Assembly: GCA_977030845.1 (NCBI GenBank)
Contig: OZ365114.1
Coordinates: 18,166,001 to 18,230,000 of the forward strand
From: Fimbriosthenelais zetlandica
Taxonomy: Eukaryota
Length of the DNA stretch: 64,000 nt
Reading direction: 5' to 3'
The notes under the pieces were generated by a model. It worked only from the letters and a program-made list of their open reading frames with translations. It did no database searches and had not been told where the DNA came from. Below, piece by piece: positions 11,998 through 26,515 of this stretch. Within the stretch, counting starts at the first letter, position 1. Each line of letters opens with the position of its first letter. Position numbers and translations under genes: made by a program.

Positions 11998-14900
11998 CTG
12001 AAAGATGAAACAATATCTGTGAAGATCTGGTAATAATTCAGTTCTAAACAAAAGCCTCTCTCTGAAGGTGTTCATTAATTGCTGATGCCCACACTTGGTA
12101 TGCCTACCATAGTGAGCAGACCTTCCCTTTGATCGACATGTTAATGGAAAGAAGTCAGGAAGTCCGTCTAGGGATGTCATCTTATGAAGGAGACAGTTGG
12201 TCAGTCTGTGACATATGGTGGCTTAGCAACCCAGTAGCTACCCATAGCGTAACACTACAGTCAATAAATACTTGGGTAGACATGGTCCTCATTTCATTTT
12301 TTATATGATGTGGGAATTTGCTTGTTGCAATACGGTGACTTCTTGTAAGCATTTCTAAGGAGGCCTTCTAGTACTAATAATGTATGTTCAAATGAAAGGA
12401 CTAGTGTAATGGCCATAAGAAGACTCACCTGGCATTCATCCAGCAGTAGATCATGGGGTTGTACATGGAGTTGCTCATGGCTAGCCAGTAGATGATCAGA
12501 TAGATATGCTGGGTGACCTTGTAGTCGGTAATGTAGGCATGCTGGTTAGTAACCAGGAAGAAGACGTGTTGAGGCAGCCAGCAGATAGCAAAGATAGCCA
12601 CCACCACCATCATCATCTTTACCACCTGGAGGAGGAAAAAAACATATTTGTCTCACATTGACCAGTGTTTTCCAAGAGATGTATGTTCCGTAATAACAGG
12701 GCAGTGTCATCCTCATTGTGTGCAACATGCGGCAGCATGCCAGGAATGTGTTTCTTTTCACAAGCAGAATATGTCTTTATGACGGTAAAACACATCATTT
12801 CACCTGCCCGGCTCCCAGAGCTGTTAAATTTTTAAACTCTTGTTGTCCTTGATTTTTCCAGCAGCATCCATCCGAAAACAGGAGTAATAAAATTTTAATT
12901 AACGATCCAAAGGAATCTCATCTGGACAGTTGGTTAACAAAAGGCACTGCTCAGACAACAAGAGGAGGGGAAAAATATTTGAGAACATTGAACCATAATG
13001 CACCTAACATTTCCTCTGTGTAAAGAGATTTGGCTCATATTACAGTATTGGTAATTCATTCCCTGGGACCGGCAGCAGAGCGATATCCCATCTGAAGAAG
13101 CATTAGGCCTAATGACAGAAGGTTACCTTCTTTTAAAGGCCTCTTTCACCTAGCCTATCTTATTGATTGTAACTGCATCATACTTCAATGAATTGTATTT
13201 TTTTCCAAACACTACCTAATACTGATATTTGGATGACATCGTCGGGTATATAGATTTGGATACATAATGCAAATAATGCAATTCTGGATTACAGGTGTTG
13301 GAAATAATTGCCAAAGGAAATGTGAGGAGAGTGATTGAATAAATGGAGAACAGTTGAAATGCCTTGTGCAAAAGAAATGGAAGAATGAGACCCACATACT
13401 GTAGGAACTAAAATATTTTTTCAATTTTGGGAATATTCCACAGTTGAAATGCCTCAGGCCATTTTTAAACCACCCAGGTCTGTGCGAATTCATTCAAGAC
13501 TCTCAAATGGCTGTAAAGTGTTAAGAAGATTGAGGGTAGGAAATCTGGCCACTTCCTATCCTTGATACAGTTACATTATTTACAACAAAAAGGGGCATTT
13601 ATCACAGCAATATGGCCAGTTCCGAACTAAAGGATGCACAAAATACAGAGAGTTGAAAAAGTCGACAGGGGAACTGACATTAACATGACGTATGAATAAT
13701 TGATAGCAATACGTTCTGACATCATTAATATTGATGTCTCAGAACCTGTTATTCCACGATATTTGCGACAGTTCTTATCTTACCAGTTTAGCCAATGAAG
13801 ATTTACTGGAATTATTATCGTCTGATGAAATTAAAATGGGAGAAGCTAAGGATCCAAATTCTTTAGTAATGTTTCTGCAGTAAATATATGAATCACATTC
13901 AGAGGAAAAGGCCTAATATTCTGGAAAATGAGAACCTCCATGTAACAAAAGATGTTTAGATTAGCCTAGCTCTCAGGATTGGAAATGAACTTCGCCTGCA
14001 GCCAATGGGAATGAAAGCAAAGGTTTCATGTAACAATTGGCACCATTTCAAGTCTGTCAGTTTCTGCAGTGAAAATAAGCTCCGGACATGTATATTCGAA
14101 GAATGATGGATACTAAACTTGGATGGATGTTGTACTCACTTTTCTCTTAGAACGGACATTTTCCTCTTGTCGAGACGTGTATTCGCCAATGGCGCGGCTG
14201 CCCCATAATTCACGGCCTACTCGTGCATATGTTCCAGCCAATATACCAAGCGGTACAAAGTAGTTCACCAACATCACGAATACATTGTACCTGCAAGCAT
14301 CAAGTATTACCTATAATACAGATATCTATAGAGGCATTGACATTCTGTAACTGGAAAAACGTGTGTGCATCTGGGGCCTATTTCAGAACAACCATTAGTA
14401 ATGCTAAATCTATTGGGAATTTTTACACTGAACCAGGCTTCAGGCCATCATTACGAACAGAAAGCAACCATTCGTGAAATACGCCTGCAATGACAAGTTT
14501 TTATTGGCTTTTAAGAAACGAACCTAGTTTTTTTTAATCTGTCTATCCCTCATAGAGGATGTGCATTTATTTTGTCTTAACAGCTTTAACAGTTACAGGG
14601 TGATTTTTTTTAACAATCAATAAAAAATGTAGTTCGAAATGAAATGAAAAGTGAAAAATGAGAAGGAAACGAACCTACTTAATATGTTATTTACTGGCTA
14701 TATTCCATTGACCCGGGTGCACCCTCTTAATGTAATATGTTTTAGTTCGCATATGAATGGAACATGCATTGTATTGACGTCGCAGGATATTGAAGTCAAC
14801 CATGCCAAAAATAGGATCTGATTCCCCTGCTGTATTCATTATAACCGGCTGCCTGAGCCTAAGGCAGGCTCTGTAAGCCTAATAAGATAAAATGGTCACC

Positions 14901-17900
14901 ATGTGAAAGCTACCAGAATCATGTCACCTCCGAACCCTTCCCGTGCACTCTCCCCCCTGACACTACCTGCAACACAAATTGGAGTCGTGTCTATAAATAG
15001 CATCAGAAACACCTCAGGGCCCTATCCCGTTGGCATGACGATGATAGTGGTGCCCCCAAGCCATAGTTGCTCTGTCGGGGGTGGGCGAGAATAGCCTGGA
15101 GCCGGAAATCAGTTAGAAGCCTTTTCGGTAGAAAGGCATACGGAGGGAAGCCAGGAGGATGATATGGTGGCGGTGCACGCTTGACACGAGTCCAAGTGGT
15201 GACAATTTCATATTACTCCAGATTTCACATCCAATTGGATTGATGGCTGTAGGAAACGGTGGAGAGAGTGGACGAAGGTACTAACAAGTGAGCAGGGAAA
15301 CGGAGGGGGAGGGTAAAGTGAGAAGGACAGAAATGGTAGACGAAAAGAAGGTGGTGTAGTGGGAAAGGAAGGAGGAGATTTGTAACGGTGTGGTAATATT
15401 GATAATGTTGCTTCCCATTGGGTTGTCGACTTAGCTACATGTGCCTTTTATACTGTTAAACTAACAAACCCAAGATGTTAACCAAAATGACAATGAATGG
15501 TAATTTTGATGAAAACCTGCAGAAAGATCATGGTATACCATACAAAAAAACGCATACTACTAATTTGGTGAAAGGAAACTGGATATGACTTCAGAGAGGG
15601 AAAGGAAGGAAGTTGAGCTCAGCTGAGAAGAGGGTTCCTTGCAATGCCTTTTAACTGAATGTTTCCTGTGCCAGCACAAGCAGGACCATTGTTATGCAGT
15701 GAAAGCAACTTCTAGGGTGTCTGAACTAAGGAGATTTGTCAGGGACTTAATTGCCCAACCCAACGGACTTGTAAATCTCATCACCCACGAATCTTCTTGG
15801 TTGCAACCTCTCTGGGGCACATTGCTGTGCCCTTGAAGATCAGCACTAGCTGCCACATCATAAAGAAATAGCGGTATCTAAAATGAAATGGCCAAGTAGT
15901 ACAAATTCTCTTATTCAAAATCCGGTCAAACATTTTGTTATTTTAAGTCCCATGATTGAGTTTACTGTAATTGTTAATGAGGTATACCATTTAAGTATTT
16001 GAATGGTTGAGAAAAAAGATCAACATTAAACTTAGTTAGAAGAACCCAGGGCATTTGTCTCTTGTACTTCGGTATGTGAAAGACATGCATGCCAATACAT
16101 GGTGATCTCCAGCCTGATAAGTGAAGACCCCGGGGCACATTGGCTGAGACTACATCGTGTAAAAGGCAGGGTAGCCTTGCAACAGCTCACATCAGGTCTT
16201 CTTGTGACACGTATTAGCCTCAGCCTTGTCACTGGTCAGAAGTTGGGGCTCTCTCCATGAAAGTATGTTCCCTCATGCAACACGTAATCAGTGGCGACAG
16301 ATAGCTTTCAGCTGGCCAAGACCGAACATGATGCCCTTCACCATTTATAGGCGGAGGCCATGAGGGAAGGACCAATAAAAGGGGTTTCTTTCTCCTTGCA
16401 TTACAAGGCATATTTAGTAGATATGTCAATATGAATATGCGGGTGCCACACTGGAGAGGAACATTGAACATCGAAAGACCACTGTAGGACTAGTTGTTCA
16501 TTCTCCTGTTGCAATTTTCTTTAATTTTGAACTTTAATGTATAAAAACATCATGTTTTACATTTCAACTTGATAAAAACATTGATGGTTAGTCCTCATCC
16601 AAAAAAAACAGAGGAAGGGAAAAGCGCATCCATTAGGGAGATGAACTGTACATATTATGCAGGAAGGCAGGAGCTCAAACCCAGACTCTCTGTTGTAAGA
16701 AACGCTGTTGAACAATCAACTGTTTCCAGTTTCAAAAAGAGATTGCTTGGCTGCCTTGGAGCATCGAAGTACCTATTTAAAACTTCAAATGCGTCAAATT
16801 AAGGCTGATTACACTGCTCCACCGTTCCCTGTTAAAACAAACCAGTGTTTTTGAGAGTGTACATTTAAGAAGTAATTTATAACTCTTAAAGCTATAGCTT
16901 AGAAATCATACGAAATACATTGGCTGTGATACATGGAGAGGGAGCAATTCTTTTATAGACTCCTAACCTCGAATTGATCTCATCCAAGAACAAGTTCTGT
17001 CAGATACGGCTGACCATGTCCCTGACAGCTAAGAAGATTTGTCTTCTGGTGTCATCCATTCCCTCTTTTGAATCTTGCCCTGCTTACTTCCTTTCCTTCC
17101 CATTTCTCCTCTTCATTTATTCCCTCTCTCGAGCATCCACATTTCTATCTTCTCTCTTCTCTACCTGGCTCTTAAAACTGTGTTAAGTCTATACTTAATG
17201 CAAGGCTAATCCTTGTGATAAATGCACTCCAGCATTAGTGCTATAGATTATTGCCTTAAGCTGTCTTGGAGTTTGCGCTAATGACAAGTCTTGAAGTTAC
17301 AAACTTTAAGGTTCAGAGAATACATTTAGGTAGCAATTCTGACTGTGTTCCCCAGCTAGGAACTGACTTTGTGGGGATATAGTTATGGATAGTAATATAA
17401 TTATGTAAGTTATCAATTACATCTGGTTTTTACTCATTTTTGAGTGAAGAATTTGGATTGACTTACCAAAAGTCAGTGCGACTGTAGTGGCCATCCGGCC
17501 AGCTGAGGTAGCAGATAGTACGCGAAGTGCCATCAGGGTACTGCCACGTGTACGTGACAGCGTAATTTAACTGAGGGAAAGCTACCAGCAGTGAAGCCAG
17601 CCAGATGACTGCAATAACTGCCAGGACTTTAGCAGCTGACATGCGGGGCCTCAGTGGGTGGATAATTGCCATGTATCTGAAAAGAAACAAATAAAATACA
17701 AGGTCACATTATGTCAGAAGAAACAGATGGTATTGACTTCATCTAAAGTTCAGAGCTTTGTGAGAACATACAAGGGATGCATTTCCTTCATCTCAAAGAT
17801 ATTCTATTCTCTGCTAGCCGATACGAAGCTCTTCAATCACACTAAATTCGCATAACCCCACTGGCGACCACAATGTTGGGTCGGACATTGGTATCTACTT

Positions 17901-20900
17901 TTAAAGCATTGACTTGTGGACAGAAAACAATACCAATGTTGGCTCGACCTATCACGACTATCCACTTTTATTCTTGCCAATGAAAATTAAATCTTCCCAG
18001 TAGAGACGAAGCAAGAAAAACTGAACTGGGCAGCTTCATGGCAGTGATAGTTGATGCTTATCCTTATCTTAATAGTCCAGCAGTGACGAAAATAAAACAA
18101 TGTGAAGGCGAGTTCCCTTGGAGGAAGGAAAACAACACCCTTCGCAATAGATCTCAACAAGAAGCTGAAAAGCAATTGGTCATGTCTCTTCGAATGTCCT
18201 CTTTCGAATTTATACTGTTGACTCAAAAACTAACGTAAAGAACCCATTTTCAAGTACGTGCCTAAACACGGAATAGATCAGAGCTTTGCCGAGGATTTAA
18301 ACTTTTCGAATGGAATCCACTTGTCATACACGTGCTAGCAGTTCATTTTTGGCATTTTATTTCAATGGTATAATCAATGGCATTGTGCCATATGTCCAAT
18401 AGACCTGATATTGTGTGGGGAACATCCCAGATGTTGAAATCGGATAACATTTTGAGGGTGCATAACTACCTGTTCACATTTGAATACAGTACTTAGATGT
18501 ATATCGTATGTACAGTCCCCTGAATATAATGGTTCTGGTTTCATGCCACCCATTAGGCTAATGAGACCAGCTATTTCCTACACCTTTTCCATTTGCTACA
18601 ATGAATCCTGCCTAGTTTCAGGAATATTATACCTGTTAAAATTACTCAGAATAATTGGTTTCATGTTTCACTAGTTTATGTGGAGTGATGACGATTTTCA
18701 TCTATCTTGGTAGGTACCAGATATTATGGAACCGATCTTAATTACCACGCGGCCGCGGGTGCATATTACCTACATAATCATTTCTTATTTTAGACCGCAT
18801 TTATTGAAATCCAAATTAACATTCAACACTTGTTCCGAAGAAATTTTCTTGGCAGGCTTATTGCATGATATTCGTAGCCCAGTGATGATCCGATATGAAA
18901 TGTCCTTCAGGTTCTGTTAGCACAAGCGTTCTTCATGCAATTTGCATGCAGATGTAATATGCAGGATCAATATAATTAGCCAACCTTAATTAAACCTTGA
19001 ATGTGACGGAGAATAGGCCATCTATGGAACACCCCCAAACCTACAGTAGCCTATATATTCGATATACAATCTATTATGTCAAATCGTGCTGATGGATCAC
19101 ACCTTTTCTCAGGACTTGATTCATTCTCATAAGTCCTGTCAACTAGTCAATGACCAGGCCTTGCCTCACCTTTTCCTCCACAAAATAGGCTAATATCTAG
19201 GTGGTGCCAGTCGTCTCCGCCCGAATAGGCATTGTCAGCCAGTGTATGGGGCATTTTTCTCTTGTTGACCTTTACATCCGGGCATTGGGATCGACCCTGC
19301 TGCCTAAGTTAAAGGTCAGGAATAGTGGGTGAGATGGATGTGAGCCTATTATACAATACCCAGCTTGCATATCTCAATGGCATAAAATCTCATCATACTA
19401 CGAGCTTTGACGGATTACACCTCTGATTTTTGTCTCGTGCAAAGAAAGTTTTCATGTTACCGTAGAACATCAGGGACCTGTTTCAGAACAACCATTAGCA
19501 ATGGTAAGTCTATGGGAAACAGGCTCAGATCCTTCTAACGGAATGAAATAGAACATGGGGAACTGATTGGGTGTCATCCAGTCCACTCCAACGTACTGGC
19601 ATCATATCAGTCACGTTCGCCTTTCAAATTTCTGGCTTGGACATCATAATGGTCTGGTTCAGGTTTGACTTTGAGTATCTTTAGACAGATTCAATTAAGA
19701 ATGAGTAGGAAACCAGGAAGCAGGTGAATAAGGACACTTTAACACAGCATCCTACATGTGTGTGTTGCCAACACTTATCTGATGAAGTCCATCGAGGAAC
19801 TCGAGACTATACTTGATTTATTTCTTGCTCGGACATTACTGGGTCAGGGCAACTTGACCTTGTTCCGTCAATTTCTCCACACCACCTTGCTTTCTGATAT
19901 CTGACTATATTTGTTTCCAATTTTGGCCTTGATCCAATGGCGATTATCATTTAGAGAAGGGTGAGGATGTGTCTGTGTACTTTCAGCTTAATTCCAGCTG
20001 CCTTTACCAGATATTTTCCCACATTACTAATCTTCTGCAGTGTTACCCTGAGAGGTTTGGGATGCATATGGCTAGCGAAATAAACCTGGGGCATATGGAT
20101 ACGAAAATCCCAGATCCAGTATAAAAATGACTTTACAATGTAAACATTTTTTTTGTAAGAGTCCTTGGACATGCCAGTATCTTGTTTCTATTCTTACTAT
20201 TTGCAGTCTACATTTTGGATAAAATATTTAGTAAGCTCGACAATTTGCTGAAGGGTAGGCCTATATGTATATATATATCTAATGATTGGCTAAATCGTAT
20301 GTCCATGACGCTTTTTGGAACAAAGATAGTGTTCGCAAATAAAAAAGGGGGCAAGATGTTTCCACTCCCTGATCACATCCATGGAGCCAACACCGAGTAT
20401 TCAGATGGATGGATTCCCCGCTCTAGGGTCACAAGAACAGTTGTTTGCAAGAAACCATAGCAACGAAAAAAGGTGTCAGGTAGTCCATTCCTGCAAAATT
20501 GCAAATGGCTGAACCACTCAATCATACATTCCTGATTTTATGAGCATTTTGCAGTGTTGTGTAGGCCATCTAAGAAGAATGCAGAATATTAAATGGGGAA
20601 ACCCCAATGTATATTCTAATGTAGACCAGTAGGGTATATACCAATATCAATATTTGTTTTAGGACTGCACGAAAGGAGCAGACTTTTTGTAGCAAAGTAT
20701 CTGCACTCGACTTAGTGAACTTTTTAAAGTCATATTCCCTTGTTCAATACTAATGATAATTCAAACCAAGTTGTTGATCGTAAATGAATCATGATGAAAA
20801 GAAAAGTTTGATCCCTTTCTAAAAGCAGCACAGACAAGGTTGAGTTGTTTTTCCCTTGCCCAAAAGCAACAGGTTATAATCCCATTCAATCGTCGTTCGT

Positions 20901-23900
20901 CGACCCTGCAATTTCCTGATGTTAAATTGTTTTTTGTTTGGTTCGAGCTAGCTCTCACTGCCGGAAGTGGAAGTGGATTCAGGAACATGTGACCAATCTG
21001 GAGAGGATTGGCTTGACATAAAGCTCACTTCACTTCATTTCCGCTCCATGTGGTGTCATCAATGACACGACTTTTTGTATTTTCCACATCAACTGTTTTT
21101 CCATCAGATAGGTTGGCCTGCCTTTTCATCCCACAAATGTGATCTTTTTCATCTGCTTACTTTTGGGAATAAAAAAAATTGATTCTCCTTATTTCGATTT
21201 TCCAGTATGATTGGTCAAATTATCACTTCGGCATTGATAAGCCAAGTTTGCGGTTGTCTGTAAATTAAATTTTTAATTCCCTGATGGAGGAAGCAGTATT
21301 TAATCCCTTTATGATTTTGGGAACTTAATTATCTCTGACACTATAGGTTTTAATCAATGAAAATGTTTTAGTTTTCTCTATTTTTTTGTTTCTTCCGTTT
21401 TGTGGGCATTGTATAGGAAAAGTCATTTTTAGGATCAGTCGTACTATACTTAGAATATCCCTTAAGATAGAGAGAGGCATCTCATGAAAGAGACACATTA
21501 CATCAACTCAGAATAGTACTTCCTTCCCTGTACCTGTGTAGGAGATCATGAAAACTATCGAGTGAGAATCACAAATAATGATATTTATTGGCAGTCATAT
21601 ATACAGTAAAAGCAACCGAGTCGTGCTGGGGTTGTAAAACCCAACATCTTCCTCCCGAGTGAACAGGAATGATATTCCCATCTAATGGCATCCCACTTCC
21701 ATCCCTCACGAAAGCACATTAGCAGAAGGTAATGTGCAGTCAATAGCATCATTTGGATTAGCTGGCTAATCAAATACCAGGAATCCTAAAAATGCTGTCA
21801 TCGATTCTTTAAGAGTTGCTGCAGCTCTGCAGCCAACAGTAGCATGGCAAATCTGATGTTGCCTCAACAATCTTTGCCCTCCCTACTGAAACGAGTGTAA
21901 AAGTGGGCGGAAGTCACGTAAGATTTGTCTAGTGACGTGCAAGTAGGATTAAGTCATTACTGCACAGGTCAAAAGGTTACAGGCAATGTGAGGTTCGGGC
22001 GAGCTAAGCCTTCTCTCAGGAAATTCTAAGATACTTCATCTTCCCGTTGTCAGCGCACATGTCTCTCTGAAAAGCTCCTTCTTCTTCCGAGGACAGCCCA
22101 AGTGTATTAGCACTTTTGAAAAGACATTACCATGCAAGGTCTTAATTTGTTATTGGCAGCTTGCTGCTTGATGGGGACATTGGTTAGGGTTAGATTCGAG
22201 TTGGCGTTGACCTTGGATTGCCAACTGTCAACCAGTGGAGAAAATGGTTATTATGCATTACAGGCTCAAGAAAGAGTAACTGTGATTAATAGTGTGGCAT
22301 TTGATATTCTTCATCTCTGCTAACAGAGAAATTCCCTAAAAGGTGCTTTAAAAAGTATCGACTAAAGTAGGACTTTGGAACTGAAAATCTAGCAATGTCT
22401 TTTATTGCAATTGTGAACCATACTGGGTAAGATGAAACCCTCATATAAAGTTCAATATAGTTTGTGAATACCCTATTTGATAACCCGGATTGATGAGCTT
22501 TTACCACTGTCTGAGCGCTTTAGCGGTTTCCTTTATTGGAGTCTGTCCATTACAATTACCCTTCTCTGCCATTACTCTACTTAATTCAGGAGACTGACCT
22601 CCAAAGAACTCGATAGCTCACTATGTTGGTCGTTAGCACTGAGCCTAGTTAGTCCTCATTCTACCCACAGTTTTCTTCCATAGTATTAAAGAGAAAGAAC
22701 AGATAGAGATCCCATCATCCATGTGGAGTTAATTTCAATTTACTTACCAAGATTCTATAAGGGAAATACAATAGAGACGAAGACCTATCACTTATCACTA
22801 TCTTTTTATTCAATATGAGTAAGCCAATCCTCTATACCATACATAAGACATGGAAATGCCAGTAATCTTTAAGTATCAATAATGTTGTCATTGTTGTAGT
22901 TTGGCTATTTATTGAGTAGAATAATGGTGCACAATGGACTCGTATTATTTTAATTGAACATGAATTGAACCCGGATAAAAGGAGGAAAAGATTATTTCTA
23001 CAAGTCTATAGTATGTTGTTATGCACCTGATGATATTGTGAGCTGTATTTCACAAAGTCGTACAAGTTTATATCAGTTTAAACTCGACGCCATTATAGGT
23101 TCCATGGTGACTTAAATTGATCCAAGATGGTAGGTGGTACTAAGGGGGAAAAAGAGCAGTATTCAGATGGTGAAGGATGGTGGCTCTTGATTCTTTTCCT
23201 CTCTGCTAGAAAGACATTAGAGGTACAGAAGTGAAGTCTTCTACATTGATTGGGGAAGATCGGATGGCAAGGAGTGAGAAATGGAAAGTTGCCATTGATG
23301 GATATGCTAACAGACACAATTGTTAGACTGGGAGGGAGGAGGTAATGAAGCTGGGGGAGTGTGAAGAGGTGGAGAGATACATGGAGGAGTGATCGATGAT
23401 GGGCACGAGTCTTCTATTACCCTCTCTCAGATGGAGGGTGAGCATGAGCCTCCTTTTATTAATTGAGCCTTCTGAATACAGAAGATATAATCACACTGAA
23501 CTCGTCAATGCTGGATTTCCTTCCTAAAGCTAACAGCCCTGGTGGCGGACAGACACATCAAGCCTTACCAAATGAATAGGACCTAGTATGGGCCTCCAGA
23601 ATTGTTACTGAATCATTCAACGAAAACAGGAAACTTGTTTTAATCTAAAGTGATTCTTCTTTCAAAAATCTTAATATCCCTCCTAATTGAATAGAACAGC
23701 ATGTATAAAGCGTATAGATGATAAATTTTGTTCATGTGTTACAAATATCTGCACTTCAGGGTATTAAATCAAAAAAGTTGTTGAAAAAGTTTCCAGTTTG
23801 AACTGTGTAATAAGACTGAGACAAAATGTTATCATGTACGTAATTCGATTGTACTCTGTGATGAGGCAAATATGCCATTATCCCTGATGAAAAGAAGTCG

Positions 23901-26468
23901 TGGAGAGAATTTCATATGGAGGAGTCATTCTGAATTAAGCTTTGTGTGCACATGAGAGGAAGCTTGAATGGAAATCATAATGAACAGGTCTCAAGCTTAT
24001 AACATTAGATCCTAGAGAAACTGAACTTGGAGACCAAGAGCGGAGCGCCTTCGCTGTTGAAGATTGAATTATACTATCAAGACTAGTCTGTATGCATAAT
24101 TATGGAGTGAAAGCATCTGATCTGTATACTCGGGATAATGAACTTATGCTTATGGCTGGATCATATTCAATGACCTTCACACATTGAAATTACGTTTGTT
24201 CAGTGTTCAGCTGTTATCTGATATTACTTCATTGTATTGCAATTTATGACCTCTCATCATGATTTCCTAGAACAACATTCTGCGTAATTATTCCAATGCC
24301 ACTTTGCATAAAAGTAGACCAGTGCATTCGTATATACCGATCAAGATCAAGCACACAATATTACTGTTATTAAACTATATCTATATGCAAATATCACAAG
24401 GAAATAGAACTATAGGAACTCGGTGTGCCATGACAATTAACATTTCGAAATGAATCGCTCCGAAGCTCACAGAGAGTAGAAGGAATTATACAACTACAAT
24501 CACGATCAGAGTTCCAGGTTGCTTTCCAGGCAGTTGCTTTCCAGGCTTTAATTCTTCAGAGTTAAGGCAGTGAGCGCATTTCACCCGTTTAATTGCTTAC
24601 CGAATTGCTTACACTGTGCCTCTTAACAAAAACCGAGAACACGCTAATCACGAGAAATGTCACTATTGTCAAACTGGAACCATTCCATGCAAGAACATTG
24701 TTGCTACGATCGTTTCCTGTTGTGAGAAATGAAGCGGCATGCATGCAAAATTGCATCATCATTATATGTAGAAAACATGTTTAAAGAATGTTGTTTTTTA
24801 ATGTTTTATGGTGAAAACACTTCGCTCCCATGGGGTGGGATTGGGACTGCATGGCTTCATAGAACAATGTTTGTTTCCTTATCACAATGTTCGGGAAACT
24901 GGAGAAAAAATTAATTCTGTCATTATGCAGTGAGTGGGAGAGGGCCTTGTCAAGGAAAGGTGACCTCTAACAAGAACTGGCAGGGATAATGGGTCAGCAG
25001 CGCTTGTTTAAGAATAGAATATGGCAGTCTTTAACCCCTTTCCTCCTCTCTCAGTCATTTGATAGTCCAACTAAGGCCTCAGAAGTTTTGCTGACATTCC
25101 TGTACCCAAGGATATTGTCAAAAAGTATTCCAGCAATCTATGTTTGAGAAAACCAAAGGACCTAACTTTTTAAACCATATTGATTTTATCGATGAATGTA
25201 GCAGACAAATCTAATTCGTAATTCCCATGTTACGGATTGACTATAATGTTCTCCCAGAGAATTTTGTTCAAAATTTGTCATAGTCTTGATGAAGAAAGCA
25301 TCCTTGTAAGAAAGGAACATTACAAAGAATGTGTAGCAACATGTTCACCTTCTTGTCATAATATCAAGGCTTTCTTATAGAACCTTAATTAGCTCTAATC
25401 CCCTATTAGCAATATGAAAAGGAAACCTATATTCTTAATCGAGCAGAAACCATTGCATGAGTAACAAAAGTAAGGAAGTTAACTATAGGCATCATTGTGC
25501 AGAAATTTACAGCTGCTGATAAAGGATGCTTTTAGCGGATCATACAGACGTTGATACACAATTATGTTCTGTACATTTAATGTCTTGGCATGGCTGTTAT
25601 TTCCAGAATGCTACTTAAGTGTATATCCTTAGACCTATTATCTCATTCACTGAACAATCTGTTACCAATCAATTTCTTTTTAACGTTTGCAAACTTCATA
25701 TTGGACTTTCACTTATTCTGCTTACGATCTTTGTCACATAGGTGCTGTAGACGTCTTTGGCCCACTTCACCTTGTTCATCATGAAAGAAGACAAAGGTGA
25801 ACTTTGTTGACTATCTTCAAGCTCAAGACTACATCATCATAAGTCAAGCTCGTATGATGAATGCCTTTCGCTGAAACATCGCCAAGTTCCTTCTTGATTG
25901 CATGGAACAACTAACCTAACCTTTCTGCTCTCTGTTGAACAGGTAATATTTTTTTACTCTTTACAAATTTGTTTAGTTACTTTAAGAAAAATCCTGTATT
26001 CTTAAGACATTTCGTTTTTATTACCCCTTCCTCAGAGATAAAGGGATATTGACAGGTATTTTTGTTACTATCCAAGCTTGTGATTCAACAATGAAGGGTT
26101 GGCAGAATATTCATGCTGTGTTTTGCAACAAGTTAATATCCCTTTACCACAGCACATTACAGCGCTAAAGGGCTGTGGATTTAGTATGGTTAAGATTCCT
26201 CTCAGGAAGTATAGGGGTCGCCAATTTGGAGCAGCACGCCATAGAACACTTTTGTTTTTGTAACCCTAATGGAATAGTTGAGTCCAAGTGGTCTCAGGCC
26301 CATTACTCCCACTTACTTTGCCTCTACATACGACACAATTTCTTGTATGCCTGACACATGCTGATGTTGCAATCAAGAAGCTGTTTGGGGATTTTACATC
26401 TAAGTACATGTATTCCGCATGCAAGACTTACTTTAGATCAGAGTCATTTAATATGATTGCTTCCCCCC

Positions 26469-26515
<47 letters not shown>

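Noticed and set aside
19262-19325. Box-B-like GGGTCGATCCC inside a hairpin (possible tRNA or tRNA-derived SINE)
   Set aside because: No box A at the proper distance and no cloverleaf; too degenerate to call.
19779-19810. Hammerhead-ribozyme-like CTGATGAAGTCC...CGAGAC
   Set aside because: The GAAA core is broken (GAGA), stem II is imperfect, and I could not build stems I and III.
26005-26036. Penelope-type hammerhead-like CTGAGGAAG...CGAAATGTC on the - strand
   Set aside because: Stem II and stem I do not pair; at best a dead remnant.
25910-26060. Strong + strand splice-like signals (AG|GTAAT at 25942/25943; 20-nt micro-exon 26036-26055), plus similar ones near 30095-30180 and 60973-61028
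   Set aside because: They could not be joined into a coherent ORF. Such signals arise often in AT-rich DNA and lie antisense to, or outside, known genes.
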